A stretch of 64,000 nt of DNA, from contig CM082582.2 in NCBI GenBank assembly GCA_040954595.2, positions 6,494,303-6,558,302 on the forward strand, read 5' to 3'. A model generated the notes under the pieces. It had not been told where the DNA came from. It made no database searches and was given only the letters and a program-made list of their open reading frames with translations. The DNA comes from Balanoglossus misakiensis. Its lineage: Eukaryota > Animalia > Hemichordata. Below are positions 53,549-64,000 of this stretch, one piece after another. Every line of letters begins with the position of its first letter. The stretch's first letter is position 1. A program made the position numbers and the translations under genes.

Positions 53549-56500
53549 TGTGAGAACTTTTAACGATATTATCATTGTAATTTTTATCATTTTCATAAAT
53601 CCAATTCATTTCAATATCTACGCTGCGTTTTTCATGTGTCGGGTATAAGAAACATGCAGGGAAACTTGGTCATTTTTTGTCGCGGTTCACTTGGGCAAGT
53701 CTGAATACGGAGTGCTCAGGAGAGAGAAAGATAAACTCGCTAAAACCGTGTCTTTCCGTCCGCATGACCAACCAAGGGGCGAAAAAGTCGTTATTTAGGC
53801 CGTTATAAAACGTTTTTGTCGCCGAGGTGTGAATAAAGAACCGCCAGATCGCTGCGGTGCATGGAACTCTTATTTGCACCGCTGCGGTGCAAATAAGATC
53901 ATTGGAGTTATGCTGCAATATAGTGCGGAAAATTTCCGACTTTTTCGAGTACACATCGTGATGGCGAGGGGTTCAGGAGGGCTGGCCTTTTACCTGAAGG
54001 TGTCAACTGATGTTGGTTCGAGACCACTTTTTTTCTATTTCTTTTTTTGTGAGAACTTTTAACAACATTATCATTGTAATTTTTATCATTTTCATAAATC
54101 CAATTCATTTCAATATCTACGCTGCGTTTTTTATCTGTCGGGTATAAGAAACATGCAGGGAAACTTGGTCATTTTTTTGTCGCGGTTCACTTGGGCAAGT
54201 CTGAATACGGAGTGCTCAGGAGAGAGAAAGATAAACTGAGAGTCTCGCTAAAACCGTGTCTTTCCATCCGCATGACAAACCAAGGGGCGAAAAAGTCGTT
54301 ATTTAGGCCGTAATAAAACGTTTTTGTCGCCGAGGTGTGAATAAAGAACGGCCAGATCGTTGCGGTGCATGGAACTCTTATTTGCACCGCTGCGGTGCAA
54401 ATAAGAATTTGCACCGCTGCGGTGCAAATAAGATCATTGGAGCTATGCTGCAATATAGTGCGGAAAATTTCCGACTTTTCCGAGTACGCATCGTGATGGC
54501 GAAGGGTTCAGGAGAGCTAGCCTTTTACCTGAAGGTGTCAACTGATGTTGGTTCGAGACCACTTTTTTTCTATTTCATTTTTTTGTGAGAAGTTTTAACG
54601 ACATTATCATTGTAATTTTTATCATTTTCATAAATCCAATTCATTTCAATATCTACGCTGCGTTTTTTATCTGTCGGGTATAAGAAACATGCAGGGAAAC
54701 TTGGTCATTTTTTGTCGCGGTTCACTTGGGCAAGTCTGAATACGGAGTGCTCAGGAGAGAGAAAGATAAACTCGCTAAAACCGTGTCTTTCCGTCCGCAT
54801 GACCAACCAAGGGGCGAAAAAGTCGTTATTTAGGCAGTAATAAAACGTTTTTGTCGCCGAATTGTGAATAAAGTACGGCCAGATCGTTGCGGTGCATGGA
54901 ACTCTTATTTGCACCGCTGCGGTGCAAATAAGAATTTGCACCGCTGCGGTGCAAATAAGATCATTGGAGTTATGCTGCAATATAGTGCGGAAAATTTCCG
55001 ACTCTTCGAGTACACATCGTGATGGCGAAGGGTTCAGGAGGGCTAGCCTTTTACCTGAAGGTGTCAACTGATGTTGGTTCGAGACCACTTTTTTTCTATT
55101 TCTTTTTTGTGAGAACTTTTAACCACATTATCATTGAAATTTTTATCATTTTCATAAATCCAATTCATTTCAATATCAACGTTGCGTTTTTTATCTGTCG
55201 GGTATAAGAAACATGCAGGGAAACTTGGTCATTTTTTTGTCGCGGTTCACTTGGGCAAGTCTGAATACGGAGTGCTCAGGAGAGAGAAAGATAAACTCGC
55301 TAAAACCGTGTCTTTCCATCCGCATGACCAACCAAGGAGCGAAAAAGTCGTTATTTAGGCCGTTATAAAACGTTTTTGTCGCCGAGGTGTGAATAAAGAA
55401 CGGTCAGATCGTTGCGGTGCAGGGAACTCTTATTTGCACCGCAGCGGAGCGAACTCTTATTTGCACCGCTGCGGTGCAAATAAGAATTTGCACCGCTGCG
55501 GTGCACCGTTGCGGTGCAAATAAGATCGTTGCAGTTATGCTGCAATATAGTGCGGAAAATTTCCGACTTTTTCGAGTACACATCGTGATAGCGAAGGGTT
55601 CAGGAAGGCCAGCCTTTTACCTGAAGGTGTCAACTGATGTTGGTTCGAGACCACTTATTTCTATTTCTTTTTTTGTGAGAACTTTTAACAACATTATCAT
55701 TGCAATTTTTCTCATTTTCATAAATCCAATTCATTTCAATATCTACGCTGCGTTTTTTATCTGTCGGGTATAAGAAACACGCAGGGAAACTTGGTCATTT
55801 TTTGTCGCGGTTCACTTGGGCAAGTCTGAATGCGCAGTGCTCAGGAGAGAGAAAGATAAACTCGCTAAAACCGTGTCTTTCCGTCCGCATGACCAACCAA
55901 GGGGCGAAAAAGTCGTTATTTAGGCCGTTATAAAACGTTTTTGTCGCCGAGGTGTGAATAAAGAACCGCCAGATCGTTGCGGTGCATGGAACTCTTATTT
56001 GCACCGCTGCGGTGCAAATAAGATCATTGGAGTTATGCTGCAATATAGTGCGGAAAATTTCCGACTCTTCGAGTACACATCGTGATGGCGAAGGGTTCAG
56101 GAGGGCTAGCCTTTTACCTGAAGGTGTCAACTGATGTTGGTTCGAAACAAATTTTTTCTATTTCTTTTTTTGTGAGAACTTTTAACGACATTATCATTGT
56201 AATTTTTATCATTTTCATAAATCCAATTCATTTCAATATCTACGCTGCTTTTTTTATCTGTCGGGTATAAGAAACATGCAGGGAAACTTGGTCATTTTTT
56301 TGTCGCGGTTCACTTGGGCAAGTCTGAATACGGAGTGCTCAGGAGAGAGAAAGATAAACTCGCTAAAACCGTGTCTTTCCGTCCGCATGACCAACCAAGG
56401 AGCGAAAAAGTCGTTATTTAGGCCGTTATAAAACGTTTTTGTCGCCGAGGTGTGAATAAAGAACGGCCAGATCGTTGCGGTGCATGGAACTCTTATTTGC

Positions 56501-59500
56501 ACCGCAGCGGTGCAAATTCTTATTTGATCATTGGAGTTATGCTGCAATATAGTGCGGAAAATTTCCGACTTTTTCGAGTACACATCGTGATGGCGAAGGG
56601 TTCAGGAGGGCTAGCCTTTTACCTAAGGGTGTCAACTGATGTTGGTTCGAGACCACTTTTTTCTATTTCTTTTTTTGTGAGAAGTTTTAACGACATTATC
56701 ATTGTAATTTTTATCATTTTCATAAATCCAATTCATTTCAATATCAACGTTGCGTTTTTTATCTGTCGGGTATAAGAAACATGCAGGGAAACTTGGTCAT
56801 TTTTTGTCGCGGTTCACTTGGGCAAGTCTGAATACGGAGTGCTCAGCAGAGAGAAAGATAAACTCGCTAAAACCGTGTCTTTCCGTCCGCATGACCAACC
56901 AAGGAGCGAAAAAGTCGTTATTTAGGCCGTTATAAAACGTTTTTGTCGCCGAGGTGTGAATAAAGAACGGTCAGATCGTTGCGGTGCATGGAACTCTTAT
57001 TTGCACCGCAGCGGAGCGAACTCTTATTTGCACCGCAGCGGTGCAAATAAGATCATTGGAGTTATGCTGCAATATAGTGCGGAAAATTTCCGACTTTTTC
57101 GAGTACACATCGTGATAGCGAAGGGTTCAGGAAGGCCAGCCTTTTACCTGAAGGTGTTAACTGATGTTGGTTCGAGACCACTTATTTCTATTTCTTTTTT
57201 TGTGAGAACTTTTAACAACATTATCATTGCAATTTTTCTCATTTTCATAAATCCAATTCATTTCAATATCTACGCTGCTTTTTTTATCTGTCGGGTATAA
57301 TAAACATGCAGGGAAACTTGGTCATTTTTTGTCGCGGTTCACTTGGGCAAGTCTGAATACGGAGTGCTCAGGAGAGAGAAAGATAAACTCGCTAAAACCG
57401 TGTCTTTCCATCCGCATGACCAACCAAGGGGCGAAAAAGTCGTTATTTAGGCCGTTATAAAACGTTTTTGTCGCCGAATTGTGAATAAAGTACGGCCAGA
57501 TCGTTGCGGTGCATGGAACTCTTATTTGCACCGCTGCGGTGCAAATAAGAATTTGCACCGCTGCGGTGCAAATAAGATCATTGGAGTTATGCTGCAATAT
57601 AGTGCGGAAAATTTCCGACTCCTCGAGTACACATCGTGATGGCGAAGGGTTCAGGAGGGCTAGCCTTTTACCTGAAGGTGTCAACTGATGTTGGTTCGAG
57701 ACCACTTTTTTTCTATTTCTTTTTTGTGAGAACTTTTAACCACATTATCATTGTAATTTTTATCATTTTCATAAATCCAATTCATTTCAATATCAACGTT
57801 GCGTTTTTTATCTGTCGGGTATAAGAAACATGCAGGGAAACTTGGTCATTTTTTTGTCGCGGTTCACTTGGGCAAGTCTGAATACGGAGTGCTCAGGAGA
57901 GAGAAAGATAAACTTGCTAAAACCGTGTCTTTCCATCCGCATGACCAACCAAGGGGCGAAAAAGTCGTTATTTAGGCCGTTATAAAACGTTTTTGTCGCC
58001 GAATTGTGAATAAAGTACGGCCAGATCGTTGTGGTGCATGGAACTCTTATTTGCACCGCTGCGGTGCAAATAAGAATTTGCACCGCTGCGGTGCACCGTT
58101 GCGGTGCAAATAAGATCGTTGCAGTTATGCTGCAATATAGTGCGGAAAATTTCCGACTTTTTCGAGTACACATCGTGATAGCGAAGGGTTCAGGAAGGCC
58201 AGCCTTTTACCTGAAGGTGTCAACTGATGTTGGTTCGAGACCACTTATTTCTATTTCTTTTTTTGTGAGAACTTTTAACAACATTATCATTGCAATTTTT
58301 CTCATTTTCATAAATCCAATTCATTTCAATATCTACGCTGCTTTTTTTATCTGTCGGGTATAATAAACATGCAGGGAAACTTGGTCATTTTTTGTCGCGG
58401 TTCACTTGGGCAAGTCTGAATACGGAGTGCTCAGGAGAGAGAAAGATAAACTCGCTAAAACCGTGTCTTTCCATCCGCATGACCAACCAAGGGGCGAAAA
58501 AGTCGTTATTTAGGCCGTTATAAAACGTTTTTGTCGCCGAATTGTGAATAAAGTACGGCCAGATCGTTGCGGTGCATGGAACTCTTATTTGCACCGCTGC
58601 GGTGCAAATAAGAATTTGCACCGCTGCGGTGCAAATAAGATCATTGGAGTTATGCTGCAATATAGTGCGGAAAATTTCCGACTCCTCGAGTACACATCGT
58701 GATGGCGAAGGGTTCAGGAGGGCTAGCCTTTTACCTGAAGGTGTCAACTGATGTTGGTTCGAGACCACTTTTTTTCTATTTCTTTTTTGTGAGAACTTTT
58801 AACCACATTATCATTGTAATTTTTATCATTTTCATAAATCCAATTCATTTCAATATCAACGTTGCGTTTTTTATCTGTCGGGTATAAGAAACATGCAGGG
58901 AAACTTGGTCATTTTTTGTCGCGGTTCACTTGTGCAAGTCTGAATACGGAGTGCTCAGGAGAGAGAAAGATAAACTTGCTAAAACCGTGTCTTTCCATCC
59001 GCATGACCAACCAAGGGGCGAAAAAGTCGTTATTTAGGCCGTTATAAAACGTTTTTGTCGCCGAATTGTGAATAAAGTACGGCCAGATCGTTGCGGTGCA
59101 TGGAACTCTTATTTGCACCGCTGCGGTGCAAATAAGAATTTGCACCGCTGCGGTGCAAATAAGATCATTGGAGTTATGCTGCAATATAGTGCGGAAAATT
59201 TCCGACTCTTCGAGTACACATCGTGATGGCGAAGGGTTCAGGAGGGCCAGCCTTTTACCTGAAGGTGTCAATTGATGTTGGTTCGAGACCACTTTTTTTT
59301 ATTTCTTTTTTGTGAGAACTTTTAACGACATTATCATTGTAATTTTTATCATTTTCATAAATCCAATTCATTTTAATATCACCGTTGCGTTTTTTATCTG
59401 TCGAGTATAAGAAACATGCAGGGAAACTTGGTCATTTTTTTGTCGCGGTTCACTTGGGCAAGTCTGAATACGGAGTGCTCAGGAGAGAGAAAGATAAACT

Positions 59501-61678
59501 TGCTAAAACCGTGTCTTTCCATCCGCATGACCAACCAAGGGGCGAAAAAGTCGTTATTTAGGCCGTTATAAAACGTTTTTGTCGCCGAATTGTGAATAAA
59601 GTACGGCCAGATCGTTGTGGTGCATGGAACTCTTATTTGCACCGCTGCGGTGCAAATAAGAATTTGCACCGCTGCGGTGCACCGTTGCGGTGCAAATAAG
59701 ATCGTTGCAGTTATGCTGCAATATAGTGCGGAAAATTTCCGACTTTTTCGAGTACACATCGTGATAGCGAAGGGTTCAGGAAGGCCAGCCTTTTACCTGA
59801 AGGTGTCAACTGATGTTGGTTCGAGACCACTTATTTCTATTTCTTTTTTTGTGAGAACTTTTAACAACATTATCATTGCAATTTTTCTCATTTTCATAAA
59901 TCCAATTCATTTCAATATCTACGCTGCTTTTTTTATCTGTCGGGTATAATAAACATGCAGGGAAACTTGGTCATTTTTTGTCGCGGTTCACTTGGGCAAG
60001 TCTGAATACGGAGTGCTCAGGAGAGAGAAAGATAAACTCGCTAAAACCGTGTCTTTCCATCCGCATGACCAACCAAGGGGCGAAAAAGTCGTTATTTAGG
60101 CCGTTATAAAACGTTTTTGTCGCCGAATTGTGAATAAAGTACGGCCAGATCGTTGCGGTGCATGGAACTCTTATTTGCACCGCTGCGGTGCAAATAAGAA
60201 TTTGCACCGCTGCGGTGCAAATAAGATCATTGGAGTTATGCTGCAATATAGTGCGGAAAATTTCCGACTCCTCGAGTACACATCGTGATGGCGAAGGGTT
60301 CAGGAGGGCTGGCCTTTTACCTGAAGGTGTCAACTGATGTTGGTTCGAGACCACTTTTTTTCTATTTCTTTTTTGTGAGAACTTTTAACCACATTATCAT
60401 TGTAATTTTTATCATTTTCATAAATCCAATTCATTTCAATATCAACGTTGCGTTTTTTATCTGTCGGGTATAAGAAACATGCAGGGAAACTTGGTCATTT
60501 TTTGTCGCGGTTCACTTGGGCAAGTCTGAATACGGAGTGCTCAGGAGAGAGAAAGATAAACTTGCTAAAACCGTGTCTTTCCATCCGCATGACCAACCAA
60601 GGGGCGAAAAAGTCGTTATTTAGGCCGTTATAAAACGTTTTTGTCGCCGAATTGTGAATAAAGTACGGCCAGATCGTTGCGGTGCATGGAACTCTTATTT
60701 GCACCGCTGCGGTGCAAATAAGAATTTGCACCGCTGCGGTGCAAATAAGATCATTGGAGTTATGCTGCAATATAGTGCGGAAAATTTCCGACTCTTCGAG
60801 TACACATCGTGATGGCGAAGGGTTCAGGAGGGCCAGCCTTTTACCTGAAGGTGTCAATTGATGTTGGTTCGAGACCACTTTTTTTTATTTCTTTTTTGTG
60901 AGAACTTTTAACGACATTATCATTGTAATTTTTATCATTTTCATAAATCCAATTCATTTTAATATCACCGTTGCGTTTTTTATCTGTCGAGTATAAGAAA
61001 CATGCAGGGAAACTTGGTCATTTTTTGTCGCGGTTCACTTGGGCAAGTCTGAATACGGAGTGCTCAGGAGAGAGAAAGATAAACTCGCTAAAACCGTGTC
61101 TTTCCGTCCGCATGACCAACCAAGGGGCGAAAAAGTCGTTATTTAGGCAGTAATAAAACGTTTTTGTCGCCGAGGTGTGAATAAAGTACGGCCAGATCGT
61201 TGCGGTGCATGGAACTCTTATTTGCACCGCAGCGGTGCAAATAAGATCATTGGAGTTATGCTGCAATATAGTGCGGAAAATTTCCGACTCCTCGAGTACA
61301 CATCGTGATGGCGAAGGGTTCAGGAGGGCCAGCCTTTTACCTGAAGGTGTCAACTAATGTCGGTTCGAGACCACTTTTTTTCTATTTCTTTTTTGTGAGA
61401 ACTTTTAACCACATTATCATTGTAATTTTTATCATTTTCATAAATCCAATTCATTTCAATATCTACGCTGCTTTTTTATCTGTCGGGTATAAGAAACATG
61501 CAGGGAAACTTGGTCATTTTTTTGTCGCGGTTCACTTGGGCAAGTCTGAATACGGAGTGCTCAGGAGAGAGAAAGATAAACTCGCTAAAACCGTGTCTTT
61601 CCGTCCGCATAACCAACCAAGGAGCGAAAAAGTCGTTATTTAGGCCGTTATAAAACGTTTTTGTCGCCGAGGTGTGAA
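53549..61678. repeat. ~500-565-bp satellite, ~15.5 monomers
   Basis: GTGAGAA(C/G)TTTTAAC recurs at ~53550, 54049, 54585, 55109, 55675, 56172, 56677, 57202, 57726, 58265, 58789, 59312, 59851, 60375, 60898, 61395. Confidence 0.97.
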
Positions 61679-64000
61679 TCTTCATTTTTTTAAAAAAAAC
61701 CATGGGTTATAGCTCATGAAAATCATCCAAAAATGACAATTTTTCGACTTTGCGAACTTTCAAAATTTCTTCATTTTTTTGCAAAAACCATGGGTTATAG
61801 CTCATGAAAATCATCCAAAAATGACAATTTTTCGACTTTGCGAACTTTCAAAATTTCTTCATTTTTTTGAAAAAACCATGGGTTATAGCTCATGAAAATC
61901 ATCCAAAAATGACAATTTTTCGACTTTGCGAACTTTCAAAATTTCTTCATTTTTTTGAAAAAAACATGGGTTATAGCTCATGAAAATCATCCAAAAATGA
62001 CAATTTTTGGACATTGCGAACTTTCAAAATTTCTTCATTTTTTTAAAAAAAGCCATGGGTTATAGCTCATGAAAATCATCCAAAAATGACAATTTTTCGA
62101 CTTTGCGTCATGAAAATCATCCAAAAATGACAATTTTTCGACTTTGCGAACTTTCAAAATTTCTTCATTTTTTTGAAAAAACCATGGGTTATAGCTCATG
62201 AAAATCATCCAAAAATGACAATTTTTCGACTTTGCGAACTTTCAAAATTTCTTCATTTTTTTGAAAAAACCATGGGTTATAGCTCATGAAAATCATCCAA
62301 AAATGACAATTTTTCGACTTTGCGAACTTTCAAAATTTCTTCATTTTTTTGAAAAAACCATGGGTTATAGCTCATGAAAATCATCCAAAAATGACAATTT
62401 TTCGACTTTGCGAACTTTCAAAATTTCTTCATTTTTTTGAAAAAACCATGGGTTATAGCTCATGAAAATCATCCAAAAATGACAATTTTTCGACTTTGCG
62501 AACTTTCAAAATTTCTTCATTTTTTTGAAAAAACCATGGGTTATAGCTCATGAAAATCATCCAAAAATGACAATTTTTCGACTTTGCGAACTTTCAAAAT
62601 TTCTTCATTTTTTTGAAAAAACCATGGGTTATAGCTCATGAAAATCATCCAAAAATGACAATTTTTCGACTTTGCGAACTTTCAAAATTTCTTCATTTTT
62701 TTGAAAAAACCATGGGTTATAGCTCATGAAAATCATCCAAAAATGACAATTTTTCGACTTTGCGAACTTTCAAATTTTCTTCATTTTTTTGAAAAAACCA
62801 TGGGTTATAGCTCATGAAAATCATCCAAAAATGACAATTTTTCGACTTTGCGAACTTTCAAAATTTCTTCATTTTTTTGAAAAAACCATGGGTTATAGCT
62901 CATGAAAATCATCCAAAAATGACAATTTTTCGACTTTGCGAACTTTCAAAATTTCTTCATTTTTTTGAAAAAACCATGGGTTATAGCTCATGAAAATCAT
63001 CCAAAAATGACAATTTTTCGACTTTGCGAACTTTCAAAATTTCTTCATTTTTTTGAAAAAACCATGGGTTATAGCTCATGAAAATCATCCAAAAATGACA
63101 ATTTTTCGACTTTGCGAACTTTCAAAATTTCTTCATTTTTTTGAAAAAACCATGGGTTATAGCTCATGAAAATCATCCAAAAATGACAATTTTTCGACTT
63201 TGCGAACTTTCAAAATTTCTTCATTTTTTTGAAAAAAACCATGGGTTATAGCTCATGAAAATCATCCAAAAATGACAATTTTTCGACTTCGCGAACTTTC
63301 AAAATTTCTTCATTTTTTTGAAAAAACCATGGGTTATAGCTCATGAAAATCATCCAAAAATGACAATTTTTCGACTTTGCGAACTTTCAAAATTTCTTCA
63401 TTTTTTTGAAAAAACCATGGGTTATAGCTCATGAAAATCATCCAAAAATGACAATTTTTCGACTTTGCGAACTTTCAAAATTTCTTCATTTTTTTGAAAA
63501 AACCATGGGTTATAGCTCATGAAAAACATCCAAAAATGACAATTTTTCGACTTTGCGAACTTTCAAAATTTCTTCATTTTTTTGAAAAAAACATGGGTTA
63601 TAGCTCATGAAAATCATCCAAAAATGACAACTTTTCGACTTTGCGAACTTTCAAAATTTCTTCATTTTTTTGAAAAAACCATGGGTTATAGCTCATGAAA
63701 ATCATCCAAAAATGACAATTTTTCGACTTTGCGAACTTTCAAAATTTCTTCATTTTTTTGAAAAAAACATGGGTTATAGCTCGTGAAAATCATCCAAAAA
63801 TGACAATTTTTCGACTTTGCGAACTTTCAAAATTTCTTCATTTTTTTGAAAAAACCATGGGTTATAGCTCATGAAAATCATCCAAAAATGACAATTTTTC
63901 GACTTTGCGAACTTTCAAAATTTCTTCATTTTTTTGAAAAAACCATGGGTTATAGCTCATGAAAATCATCCAAAAATGACAATTTTTCGACTTTGCGAAC
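61679..64000. repeat. 88-bp AT-rich satellite, ~26 copies, continues past the window end
   Basis: Monomer TCATGAAAATCATCCAAAAATGACAATTTTTCGACTTTGCGAACTTTCAAAATTTCTTCATTTTTTTGAAAAAACCATGGGTTATAGC; period checked at 62281/62369/62457. Confidence 0.98.

Noticed and set aside
53955-54030. tRNA or vault RNA gene call for the A/B-box cassette
   Set aside because: No acceptor stem or cloverleaf, and the terminator follows the B-box directly without the 3' closing stem of vault RNAs; kept only as an unclassified candidate.
53670-61703. Many repeated 60-127-aa ORFs in the satellite
   Set aside because: They occur on both strands, are broken by homopolymer indels between monomers and contain no domain motifs; they are by-products of the repeat.
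53549-64000. CRISPR-like array (palindromic repeats at regular spacing)
   Set aside because: Sequences between the palindromes are near-identical rather than unique spacers, there are no cas genes, and the context is eukaryotic.

Overview
Eukaryotic, intron-rich genomic DNA from an invertebrate animal. The repeat landscape is reminiscent of marine deuterostomes such as hemichordates, but this cannot be verified here. Every gene lies on the + strand. In order: (1) the 3' part of a cyclic-nucleotide-gated channel beta-type subunit gene (<1..18479, 17 exons in window); (2) a complete, apparently very young 8366-bp Ty3/Gypsy LTR retrotransposon (19795..28160) with LTRs identical by eye, CTAG TSD, tRNA-Leu PBS, gag, -1-frame pol and an extra non-env ORF3 with its own promoter-like motifs; (3) two tandem copies of an atypical 432-aa protein kinase gene with a hydrophobic N-terminus; (4) an NRF-6/O-acyltransferase-like gene; (5) an ML-domain lipid-binding protein gene; (6) a cytosolic alpha-carbonic anhydrase gene. 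The window then switches abruptly to a ~520-bp satellite carrying an internal palindrome, a Pol III-promoter-like cassette and a 1586-bp higher-order period (53549..61678), which abuts a homogeneous 88-bp A-tract satellite running off the window end. Several MITE families sit in introns. All exon models were built by eye from GT-AG sites, splice-phase compatibility and protein motifs; no searches were run.
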